Source: Cirrosporium novae-zelandiae
Lineage: Eukaryota
NCBI GenBank assembly: GCA_026023565.1
Contig: JAPETS010000052.1
Location: forward strand, 62,001 to 126,000
DNA: 64,000 nucleotides
Direction of reading: 5' to 3'
Position numbers and translations under genes: made by a program
Notes under the pieces: generated by a model
Told to the model about the DNA's origin: nothing
Databases searched by the model: none
What the model saw: the letters and a program-made list of their open reading frames with translations, nothing else
Shown: piece by piece, positions 1 to 12,298 of the stretch
Layout: each line of letters starts with the position of its first letter
Position numbering within the stretch: the stretch's first letter is position 1

Positions 1-2544
1 CAATCGACTTAGCGAGGGCAGTCATAAACTTTGCATATTGCACATCATCATCCCATTCGAGCTGAGCAACTTCATTTACGGTCTGGTTAAATGATCTGAA
101 GATATCAATAACAGAGACACTGTGCCTCTGTTCCTCATTGGGGATTTGGTTTGGACTGTCAGTTCGGACTTGAAACGAATCTTGCTTAACAGCCTCCTCA
201 ATCCACCCAAGGAGCTTTTCATCAGTCATATTAATCCATCGCCAGACAAAATTTGCCAACAAGTCTTCAATGTGAAACGCAAATGGGACACTATAATTTG
301 AAAAATGAGTGACTATATCACGAGTGATATTGGATATCTTACCCAGGCAAGGCATCAGTATGGATGCGGCGAACCCCCACAAGTTCCTTGTACAAGTCAA
401 AACCATCCTCGATGGCTACTTCTTCTCCACGTTCCTGAGCTACTTGTATCACCCTGGTTGTGAGATCCCTTGCGTCCTCGGCGTATAAAGGCAGGACGGT
501 TTCGACGAATATTGATAAAGGATTAACGCTGCTTAGCTTAGCATATTTCTTACTTACTTGAATATTTAGAAACTTACCCCATAATCTCCGGGCTATTGCG
601 GTATCGCTTCTGCACACGGTCGGCAAGTTTCATAACAGCCTTCCCCAGTTGGATAACATGATAGAACTCCCAGGAACTCTGGTCCTTAGGAACCTCTTTG
701 TCAAGCAAAGTACCATAGACCTCCTTAGCATGCTCGCGTAGTCCTTGGCTCAGCTGTTCACCAAATGCATCGAGATCCTCTTCGCTTTTTGGGAAGCTGC
801 TATCACTGTAGATATGTGTATCAAGTAGAAATAATATCGGACCTGGTGAAGGTGGTTTTGGCTCATAGCAATGCCTCATTACTTCATACAGCTCACGAAG
901 TAGGGCATCATGTAGTGCTCGAAGGATATGTTGAATCAAAGCTAAATCTGCCACCGTCCATTTGTCTCGGTCAAGTAACACTGAAGTTAAAATAACAGAG
1001 CTCCGCTTATTATCAGAAAAAGGCTCTTTTACGAAGTTGAATGCCTTCTCTAGCATTTCCAACCCAATCTCACCATCAACAAACTTCTCCCGAACCACGT
1101 CAAGGAATAAAACAACGCGAGAAAACCGTGGAATCCGCCAACGAAGACATATTTCATTAAGCAGCTCTGTAGATTGTTTAGACAAAAGTCCTTGTGTGGA
1201 GTTGGCGGAAGAGGGTTCAGGGGATTGTGGAAGCTCCTTAAGGTCATAAGATAGGACCTGAGCAAGAATAAATCTGTAAAAGGTTCGGGGTTCTGGTGGA
1301 ATATAGGTGAAAGGATGTTTCCCGTCGTCCTGGGGCTCTGAAGTCCCATCGGTCAAAGAGAGGTTGCTTAGGTCAACTGGCTGGTCGATAACATAGGAAG
1401 ATGCATTCTCGAAAGCATCAAGGGGAGTCCGTGTCATATCTGAGCTCGGGCTCTGTGGACTGCTGGATGATGGCTGGAATTGTGGCAATGCTCCCGGCGA
1501 TGTGGCCTTTGCAAGTTCTGGGTTTGCTTGCACGATCGCAAGCATCATTTGGGAGAGATCTGGACCTTCCGCTTTCCTCCACACCTCATATGCATCTTCC
1601 AAGTCGAAGTCTTCACTCCGTAACGTCTTTTTAGTGTTCAAGTTTAGATACATCTGGTAAGCCTTGAGGTCCTGAAGTGCCGCCTTCTCTGTCCATGTAG
1701 TCTTATTCTTGTCGATATCCGACTGGACTTGAGTATTTGTGAGGCCGAAAATGCGTCCAACTGCCTGCGCCAAAGGCATGTCTTCGACATCATAACTAAC
1801 CGGAGCAACAACTTCAATAGTCGTGCTAGAAGAAGCATTGCCCAGCTTTGCCGCATCAGTAAGGTCCTGATCATGCTTAAGCAGTTTTGACTCAAGAGTG
1901 GCGAGACGGTTTGTCAACTCTGGTCGATCCCTCGACCAGTCATGGGCCTTCAATACTAGAATAACAATTCGTACAAATAGAGCAACATGCCGATCGACCA
2001 TGAGCTTCCAACTATCATCGGTAGGGTCTTTGCCCTTTTGCAATTCAGATGTTGCTCGAGAGAAGAATATTAACACTAGATCTTCGACTCGTCGGTCCTT
2101 TTCCATGCGCTTTTTGAAACCTGGATCCGCTAGGTCATTAAAGAATGTAGCAAAAGTCCTCTTGACTAAAGCATCTTGATATTCTTGTCTCCGCTCCCGT
2201 CCTAATAGAATGCCCTCCAGGCGCCTCTTAAGCTCGCCCACAAATCCATGAGGAAACCTTGTACTCCTTGAGTCTCTGACAATGCTGAAGTCTCTCATCA
2301 AATCATTTATGGAGGTAGATGAACGGTGCATCCGGGTTTGAGGGGCAGGAACATGTTGGATGCGGCGACTGCGGGGTTGGAGGAGGTGAGCCAGGAGAGC
2401 TACTCGGAGAGCATAGCTATAGGCCTCAGCATGAGACACCTGACGTTTGCGGGCACGAGATCCATCTCTAGAAAGCTGTCCATCTAGTTGTAGGCTATTG
2501 AGGCGCGAATGAACTCTCCGGGATTGCGTAGAGGAGGTCGACAT
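1..2544 (-). CDS. Large conserved fungal MUN/C2-domain-type protein (YOR296W-like), 5' part only; runs off the left edge
   Basis: 656-aa ORF joins in frame across introns 577-529 and 342-291 (both GTAAG donors), reading ...SPEIMG/VNPLSIF...DALPG/VPFAFHIEDLL. Family assignment is from recalled similarity; the C2 domain would lie outside the window. Confidence 0.7.
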
Positions 2545-3619
2545 TAGAAAGGCTTGAATGGGGGATCAACAGCCCGCCGACCTTGAAGAAGTAGGTGACA
2601 GGCGCTGAACATTGGAAAATCCCCGCGCAAATCTATAGCGGACGGTTTGTTGCTACTACTTTCACAGTAGCTAGGGGTAAGCAGCAGTAGTGTCTTGAGG
2701 GAGATTTGGTTCAAAAGTACAGTGTCCCGAGTGTCCTGATTATTTACAATGTACTTCTTTAGCCAGATAAGCCCTGGGTGATTTGTTTCAGGGTTGTCAA
2801 ATGCACGGTACTTGCCGACGAAGCGGTCGCAGCACCTTATTTAGTTTGAGTTCGTCACCACGGATAATAATAATAATAATGAATGCCCAATTACGTGGGA
2901 CACGGTAACATCTAATTAATTATACATTATTATACACAATTATACGGTTCATCGATTCTCATTGAAGAGCCATTGAAGCATACAAAGATAACCTTCTACG
3001 TAGTATATGATGGAGATTGATGATGGAGGATGAGAGGAAGAAAAGGGGATTAATATCAGAATTTAAATTGAGACATTCAAGTATGTAGGTGACTAATTAC
3101 TTCTTGAGATATATGACTGCCATTTCAGTCTAGGTCTTCTGAGTCTTCTGCCAGCCACACAAATAAGCCTTTCATGCCAACATTGCAATTTCCTTTAGGC
3201 TTTAATTGAAATGTCTCTTTCCTTCATGCAGTTGAGTTGATAATACATTCCATTGCTATCGTTGACTTTTGGTGGCTTTGTCAACCGATTTGGCTCGAAA
3301 GGAGGTGATGACCTCCTGTCTAGTGTATAGTATGCTCACCATATTTATATAATCTTCACATTGACTTGAAAATAATCTAATGTATGAAAATGGTTTAAAA
3401 GGATTGTGCTCGGCTATGATATATCAAGAGCAAAGTATAAAAACGGTCTCTTTCATCCATTAGCACGACTGTAGGCTGAAAAGACAACGCAGGGCCTATC
3501 TCAGAGGGAATGGCGCTTCACTTGATATTTTAGAATAAGGCATGAAAAACAGCACTGACACCCTGTGTGAGCAACAGTTACAGGCGTATATATGTGCAGA
3601 TAGAAGAGTCCTTCAAATT

Positions 3620-4219
3620 TCAGAGTGGGTCACTAGCTTTGCGAGCCTTTAGAAGTTATGTTAGTATTTGTCCTATAAATATTCAAAATAACAGACCTCT
3701 TTACTTACTCTTACTGCACGTGGTCCTCCCAGTTCCTTCTCTAACCCGTCCGGAAATTCCCTGGGTACAGCTGGCTTATCTGGGTAGTACATCTTTGTCA
3801 CCGCGCAAAGTCCTAAGACTGTTGCAATAAAACAGCTCATCAAGACAGCCCCATGACCAGGGGTGAAATGGGTATATTCCTCCGTCGAAAACATGCCTAG
3901 GATATCATTATCCTCATGCACAGGCTCATTGAAATTTCTTCTCTCTTGTTTATCCCACCAGTCACCATATGGGTCCCGGAATTGCCGTTTCACACGAGGG
4001 GGGTTGATATAGCCACCATTCTACAACGATAAGTATTAGCATTCGAATTGAAAGCTGCCATTGCAATATGGAAGGCAATTGGCGTAGACGGACCATGTTA
4101 GGATCATCGATGTCAGCTTGCGATAGATACCGGATGGGTGTATAGCTTGTTCTAGCAACGATCATTCGAGGGCTATTCTGGAGCATTGGCCTTAAGGCCA
4201 AAACTCTTCTGCTGAGCAT
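3620..4219 (-). CDS. NDUFB8: NADH:ubiquinone oxidoreductase subunit NDUFB8 (ASHI/NIAM), mitochondrial
   Basis: Exons 4219-4094, 4020-3709, 3646-3620. Arg-rich presequence (MLSRRVLALR), DPNM/NGGYINPP..KRQFRDPYGDWWDKQERRNFNEPVHEDND motif, one TM helix, PREFPDGLEKELGG. Confidence 0.88.
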
Positions 4220-4600
4220 TTGGATGAGTGGAGAATGTAAATAGATAGTCTACCTCAGCAAGTTGACTATCAGATGTGGTTCAACTTTGGATAAAGGTAC
4301 TGTGTAACTAGCCTAACTAGCTCGTTAATGGAGGTGATAAAGACGGCTAAGGTTGAAAATGGGTAAGCGTGATCTAATTCCCTTGTAACTTCGCTCCCTA
4401 GACAAAAATACTGTCATCCCCGCAAAATTCGCGTTTTTAATCTTTTTTGATTCACTATACGCGCAAATATTCTAATAACGTAGGCAAAATCAATGCATGG
4501 TACTATTTTGGATCCCAGCTATCTTTTGATGCTACGAATAGTCAAATCGAATGCTCCTTCGTTGAGATCCTGGGGGGTCTAAAGGGAGCTTGCCGGTAGC

Positions 4601-7600
4601 ATGAACGGAATCTCGAACCACCATCATAGCAATGACAATAGCGAAGATGGTGCAAGAGGTGAGACTTCCAGAAATTTTTATGCTATATTGTTCTCACTTC
4701 TAAACCTTATTCGCAGGCAATAGCATCTCACTCTCGGAAAACGATGATAGACCCGTCAAGAGGCGAAAACTCACTGATCCGGCGCTCAGACAGCGTTCAA
4801 CCCCAAAGCCTGTGTCTCCGCCATGGAAGAAAATCTCTCTGGATGGGCCCTCATCTTTTATGGAGGATGGGCGACGGAAATCATCTCGAACAAACACTTT
4901 ACCATTGGAATTACAACCACCGGCAGAGAAACGGCAGACTCGCGCTGCGGTTCAGAACTCGCACACGGTTAAAAGCAAGTATGGAGGCGCTTCCATACCA
5001 GCTTCGTCGCCATTATCGCCATCCATCTCTCAGAGTCGAATGAATGGTAGACGGCCCTCTCCAGCAAATAAATATTCCCACATTACCTCACGTTCAACAC
5101 AATCAAACTCACCACGTCCGAAAGACCTACCCAAGCGTGCTACTCCAAAAACCTATGGTCATAAGACCACTCCCATGAGAACTCATTCTCTCAACATTTC
5201 AGGCTCACATGTTGATGTCCAATTACGACCTAAGTCTAGCAGTCCTCACCGAGGCCGCAAACCTCGAAAAAGTTCTGAGCTGAATACATCACACCGACCT
5301 CGTCCTACTATGACAGAGCAATCCGATACAAGCGATGGAGAGAAGGATAATGAAGAGGAAGAACAAGAGGAAGGAGAGGTGGCTCGGTTTGATCAAAAAG
5401 TAAAATTACAGAAGCTCAAGCTCAAAGTTAAGATACCAACGGTCACTATCCAACATCCTGACCATATCGTGGGACATAGGAATTATCCATCATTTCAGGA
5501 ATGGTTTAAGAATGAAGGCTCGGATGGTTCTGGGCTCAACAACAAGGAAGCAAGAGAGGAAGCTTTCCTTCGCCAGCGGATTCTTAGAGAAGCACAAGAC
5601 GGTGGTGTTCTTAGTGCAGACAAATGTCAGATCTACATTCCCGATGCTCAAGATGAACCTCCGCAACTGTATTCTCACCATGACCATCTGGTCGTACATG
5701 CTCTACATTTGCGGAAGCTTCTTCTAGACGAACACAAGTTACATAGGAGGAATGCTAAAAGGCTTGCTCACGATGCGGTCATGGAATGGAAAAGACGTCA
5801 ACCTAAATCAGATGAGCAGATACGTCACGAGCAGCAGGAACTCACGAGGACAAGGTACAAGCAACTAGTAAAGGACTTGGAAGGACTTTGGACAGGCCCT
5901 AGACTTGTGGTTGAGAAACAAAAGTTTGAGAGATGGAAAGAGGAACAAGAACGGCTCGATAAAGAAAAACTTGATCGAGTTTTGGAGCAATCAACCCAAC
6001 TACTAGATCGGAGAAGAGTCAGCAGAGCCCAAACTGAAGAATTTAACGAATCGGACGAGGATCAAGGAATAGATATCCCCGAACATGATTCTGGTGGAGA
6101 CGTGTCCTCATCAGACGAGAGTAATATTTCTTCTAGTTCTGATGACAGCGACGAAGAGAAATCTATTACGGACGTCGACGATGACAAACTAGATCCTGAA
6201 CAACTTCGACAAAAGTACCGTGGCTTATTATTAGGGGAAAGATCTGAGGAGTCTACGGACAATGAGGATATTGATCATAAACATTCCGAAGCGCAGACTG
6301 TGGAGTCTCCTACTCCCGTAGTCGATTATTCCCTACGCAGCGAAATGGCTCAGAATACAAATGACGAAGCAAATGGTGAAATCGATGTGCCAAAAGATAA
6401 CCTAAAAAGTTTACAAGTAGGCAAGGCCAGTAAATTATCGACACTTGATAGTGTTGACAATATCCAGCTAGAGGAAGTGAAACCAGAACTTCTTGATGAT
6501 AGCGATGAGTCTACAGATATGAGCGATGATATGGGTGATAGTGATGAGTTTGATAGTGATGGCGAGGAAAGTAATGAACGTGAGGATGGAGAAGAAGGTG
6601 AAGACAACAATACTGATCCTGGAACACTTGGTTTTCTTTCCGCTGCAGATATCGCAAAAATTAAGACTGAGCCCATGAAAAACAAGCCTCGGCCGCCATT
6701 AATCGAGGAAATAGCAGACGGCGATACTAGTCAGGATGAATTGAATGGTTCAAAGGATAGTACTCCATATCATTCATTACCAGACGCACAAAGCGATATC
6801 ATGACAGTCAATGGTAAAATGCAAGAAAATCTCATGTCCGACCCACACGCTTCTCCACAGACAATAATAGAGAACGGGTTTACCGCAAAGACGTCTTCTT
6901 CTCCGGCCCCTCTCTCATCCGAGAAATCACCTGCTCCGCCTTCAGATACAACGCAATCTTCAAATCTATTAAAAACGCCAATACCTTCTACCCTTCTCAG
7001 AGGAACATTGCGTGAATATCAGCACCGGGGTTTAGATTGGCTAGCTAACTTGTATGCTTCCAACACGAATGGAATCCTAGCAGATGAAATGGGACTAGGC
7101 AAGACTATTCAGACAATTGCTCTCCTTGCTCATCTTGCTTTGGAACATCACGTTTGGGGTCCACATTTAGTCATCGTACCCACTAGTGTCATGCTAAACT
7201 GGGAAATGGAATTCAAGAAATGGTGCCCGGGGTTCAAAATCTTGACATACTATGGGTCCCAAGAAGAACGGAGACAGAAGCGCAGAGGATGGACCGACAA
7301 CAATCGATGGCACGTTTGCATCACTTCCTATCAACTCGTGCTGAAGGACGAAGTGTCATTCAAGAAACGAGATTGGCATTATATGATACTAGATGAGGCC
7401 CACAACATCAAAAATTTCCGCTCTCAAAGGTGGCAGACTTTACTCACCTTCAAAACGAAAGCACGGCTCCTCCTCACAGGCACACCCCTACAGAATAACC
7501 TTACCGAACTCTGGTCTCTACTATATTTCATTCTCCCGGATGAAAAATTCTTAGGAGAACAGTTTCCGGATTTGCAGGATTTCTCCAGTTTCTTCCGTGC

Positions 7601-9584
7601 TCCCGAAACACAAATCTTAGAGCAAGGTAGAGAAAGCCTTGATGAAGCTTCCAGGGATCGGGTGACCAAACTCCAGGAAGTTCTTCGACCACACCTCCTT
7701 CGGCGAATGAAAGCCGACGTTGAACGACAGATGCCGGCGAAGCATGAACATATAGTCTATTGCAGGCTCTCAAAACGGCAGAGATATCTCTATAATGACT
7801 ATATGGGCAGGACCAAGACAAAGCAAAGCCTTGTGTCCGGTAGTTATACACAGATATTCGGATGCCTCATGGATCTACGGAAGGTGTGCAATCATCCCGA
7901 CCTTTTCGAAACAAGACAGATTGTCACATCTTATGCAATGCCAAAATCAATCATTGCCGATTATGAAATCAAAGAACTTCTAGTCCGAAGGCAGCTTTTG
8001 CAAAATGATCCCTCCGATAAAGTTGACCTTGACTTTTTAAACTTAGCTCCAATTTCGAAAGAAGACGTATCTCTAATAAATTCTAATGAAACCTTACGGT
8101 TACATGCCTATCGACCATTTCAAAAACTGCGCGCTGAACAATATGGACGTACTAATTGGAAAGCAAAGGGCAATGGATTAAGTACTCGGTCTGCACTTGA
8201 TGCAATGGAAAATGTTGCAAGGATATCGAGAATGCAACAATTAGACAACTGCATCTATTTCGACTCATTCAGGCATAGAAAACGTCCGATCTATGGTACA
8301 GGACTTCTGGATACCTTATGCTTCGACCTTCATCTAGCCAGCATGCCTCGCCCGCCTAAGCTGAAGTCGGAACTCATCCAGTGGACATTGAATCAATCGG
8401 ACACAATCCAAAGCATGCTTTTATCTGTGTCTGAACGCTCAAATAATATGCAACCAATTATCCAGAAATTTGCCTGTGTTACTCCAGCTGTGAGAGCCTT
8501 AGATATGTCAGCTATAACTCTTGGGGGAAAAGGCATCGATGTAGTGCGTGAGGCTATCGCACAGTTCCCAAGTGATCCATACTCGGAAAGTCGAATCAGA
8601 CTCTCGATTGCGTTTCCAGACAAACGTCTGCTTCAATATGATTGTGGGAAGCTTCAGCGTTTGGATGAACTACTGAGAAAATTACAAGTAGGAGGTCATC
8701 GGGCTCTCATCTTTACCCAGATGACTAAGGTCCTTGATATCCTCGAGCAATTCCTAAATATTCATGGTCACAGATATCTTCGGCTTGATGGGTCTACAAA
8801 AGTAGAACAGCGTCAAATTCTCACCGATCGTTTCAATAACGACACACGTATTCTAGCATTCATATTATCTTCACGGTCTGGTGGTCTGGGAATCAACCTT
8901 ACAGGTGCCGACACCGTGATATTCTATGATCTGGATTGGAACCCAGCTATGGATAAACAATGTCAAGACCGATGCCATCGGATTGGGCAGACTCGGGATG
9001 TGCACATCTATCGCTTTGTCTCTGAGCACACTATAGAGTCAAACATCCTGCGTAAAGCCAATCAAAAACGCTTACTTGACAACGTTGTTATTCAAGAGGG
9101 CGAATTCACGACAGAATATTTCAACAAAACATTGAATGTTCGTGACATGTTTGGTGACGCTGCACTGGCGGAGGCCGGTGCCCATGCTGCCATAGATCGT
9201 GTTGTCGAAGCCGATCAAACTCTCCTGGAGGCAGAAAGGGCAAAAGCCGAAAGCGACAAAGACGAACATGAACAAGCGGATGTTGCAGCAGCCAGAAACG
9301 CAGAAAAGGAGTTGGCCCACGTTGATGATGCTGATTTTGATGAGAGACCCGGGGAAACCCCAAAGACATCTAGCGCCCCAACTCCTCTAGACGCTAGATA
9401 TGGCCGTTCTACTTCAATGTCGGTAGATGGAATGGAAGAAGCAAAAGAAACGGCACATATTGATAGATATCTTCTTCGATTCATGGAATGGAATCTCAGA
9501 GATGCTAAATTCGAGCCTCCGCCAGATAAGAACAAAAAGAGATCAAGAAGAGATCGTGATCACAAGTCAAGGAGACGTAGATGA
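4601..9584 (+). CDS. SWR1: SWR1 chromatin-remodelling ATPase (H2A.Z deposition)
   Basis: Exon 1 4601-4658, intron 4659-4716, then in frame with the 1590-aa ORF. HSA-like region, SNF2 motifs ILADEMGLGKT and LDEAHNIKNFRSQRWQ, long split-ATPase insertion, FPDKRLLQYDCGKLQ, DWNPAMDKQCQDRCHRIGQTRDV. Confidence 0.95.
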
Positions 9585-12178
9585 AGTCAAGATGGCTTGC
9601 TTTGTTTTTGTTTTTGGTGGCTTTCCTTGGATGTAAACATTAGGGTCTTGATGCAGGGGCGGATAGGGAGTGCAGGGCTCAAAAGCCGGCAGAGCGTTTT
9701 GCTTTTGGGACAGGGGATATTCACTGTGGAGTAACTGGGCCGAGCGAACCCAGTTTCGCGTGGGTAGAGAGTGACAGGAAATTACTTTTAGACATTGATG
9801 AACCTTTGCATTGCCGTGGTATATTTGACAGATACGAGGTGATGGAAGACTAATGAAATTACTTGTACTGTTTTTCCTTTTCTTCTTCTTGAATGCTTTT
9901 CCGTAGTTAAAGTCCCAAGGTCAAAAAAATGGCATGTAACTATATGATGTGATTGGGTGAGTTGAATGATGGTCGGAACTTCGGATCGTCGATGAAAGAG
10001 GTCCAATATGGCTGCTATGACGTGAAGACTCGTGAACAAAGCGACGTTGAGGAAGTTTTAGTACAGTAATTCATCGACTTGAGTACTATTCCAAAGGTAA
10101 TAATAACCAACATAGGTGGCACCTCTTAATCCCCTGAGACCCTACACTGTATACCTTGGTACATAACAGATGCCCATTCTCTGTGGTTTCTTTTCTTTTT
10201 TTCTTTTTTTCCTTTTTTTTTATACTTTGTCCAGGGTGACCTTATCATCTTCTCCTTGGTGAAAAAATATTTTAACTTTACAGATGGTTTTCTGCATCTG
10301 GTGAACCCAACGCATAGAAGCCCACGAAGCCCAAGGGAATTTGGCGGTGCAGGAACTTTGTCACTGGTAGACTCGGCTACTCCTTGAACTAGTATTGAAC
10401 TAAAGAGTTCGGAAGGTGCAGTTTAATATATTGTATTTTGTCCATGGGGGTGGTATTTTGCGTGTCCTAGCCCTTCTAGTAGGATTGCCGGCCGAGTTCC
10501 CGTTTAATGTTAGGGGGGGAGTCGCGAGGGCTAAAGCAGGATAGCGGCGCATATGATATTCCCCACTGTGAATGGTTCCTGAGATAATCTACCTATTCTC
10601 TTTGTTCTCCTCTTTAAAACACTATGACGCAGTGGCGGTCCAGGTTAAATGACCAGGGGGTCGGGGAGGGAATGATATGGCATTCGACGCACATAAAGGT
10701 CGCATATAGGTGGTTATGTTAGCTGCTGTGCTTGTGCTCATCTTTGAAACATATTCTATGACTATTTTCTATGGAACAGAGAATTTAATGCCGGAAGCTC
10801 GCAGGTAGATTTCTGCTTCGCGAGATTGCCCGATCTATTTCCTTCTGCTTTTGCCGAAGATGCAAGGCTACGTAACCTGTTCGGGACAGTCATGAGCGTC
10901 TTGTCTGGCCTCACAGACATTGTTCCCCAAACAGTAAGGCAGTGATGTTCAAGGATGAACCACCTGGTGTATGGAGGGAATCTTCAATTACTGGATGAAT
11001 GGAAATGAAGTAGAAGTTGGTGGGGTGGAAATCAACTCGTTGGGAGACCAACCTGTCCCAAGGCCTGTTTGGAGATGTGCCGCTTGGGGTTGGCTAAGAA
11101 CAATAATAATACCACTTTGATGGCTGTTGGTCAGTTTTACCGAGTAGTTTTCTGGAGAATATATCTGACGACGCCATTATTCTAGAATATCTACAATGAT
11201 TCTCCAAAAGGTGTTCAAGAGGTTGTGGGATAAAAGTGGCCTAAGATTCGATCGAGATTCGAGAAATAGATTCAGGCAGATTAGCTCTTTCCATGTGACG
11301 ACTTTTCCTTGGTCTCCTTTCTTTTTTTTCTTTTTTTTTTCTTTTTTGGCGTTTGATGGTAAGGGTGCGGACTGGAAGTATAATGGATCATGATGGGTCG
11401 GAGAATAGAGAAACATGGTGACTTTTTGGTCTCGTAACGCAGGTACCTTAGGAACGCTTTAAGCTCAGCTGAAGGTTTGGTTTCAGGTAATACTGGTTTG
11501 GGTATATGGTGGCTTTCTGTATTCTTGTGTATCAAGGGAAGGCATCTATCAAAAAGTGGTAGCCCTACAACAACTCGAAGGATAAATAGTGTAATGATAG
11601 TACACTGGTACTGCGTAACGATTTTATTGCGTGCCCATTCTTCGTTTGCAGGGAAGACTAGACAAAGCCAATTAGTAGCCGGCCCCATCTGCTTTGACAG
11701 CAGTTTAGGCCACTCAAGTGACTTAACTGAACCGGCTTAAGCCCCCAAAACTAATCCAGAAAGCCTTGGGAAGGAAAAAGACCCTTCACCAACTTTACCA
11801 GCCGACCCTCTAACCCTTGAGTTCTCAATCACCAAACTCCTGTTTCTTATCAACTAATCGAGCAAAATTTGGGAATTAAAATCTATCATCGCCTTTCAAG
11901 GACCTCCCTCTTACCATCTATTCGGCAATCTAAACAATCTGAACCGTTCATGACCCTACTGCTTCAACAACCGTTCCTTACCTCGACATTCATTCGGCCC
12001 ACCGCCCTCAGCACTCCAACGCCAACTTTTGCACTCTTTACAATATTATAATATCTTCAAATCCGTCGTTTTGGTCCAACCGTCGTGCTCATAGCAGCTG
12101 GGCCTTGCCGCTCGCCTGTGCCTCAACCATATTCTATCGAGCCTTATCCTCACTTTCCCACCAAACCTCTAAGATCGC

Positions 12179-12196
12179 TATATATATATATATATA
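12179..12196. repeat. (TA)9 microsatellite upstream of the histidine kinase
   Basis: Read directly from the sequence. Confidence 0.9.
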
Positions 12197-12298
12197 CACC
12201 TGGTTTTCTGTTGAACAGATATTAATAAGCTTTTTGCTCGAAAATAACAATTCCCTCATGCCACTCGGGACGGGCCAGCTGTGAGACCGAAAAAGAAA

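Noticed and set aside
10770..11740. Short ORFs on both strands in the long region upstream of the histidine kinase
   Set aside because: No recognisable motifs, one ORF depends on a poly-T tract for poly-Lys, and I could not build a consistent spliced model. A divergent lncRNA cannot be excluded.
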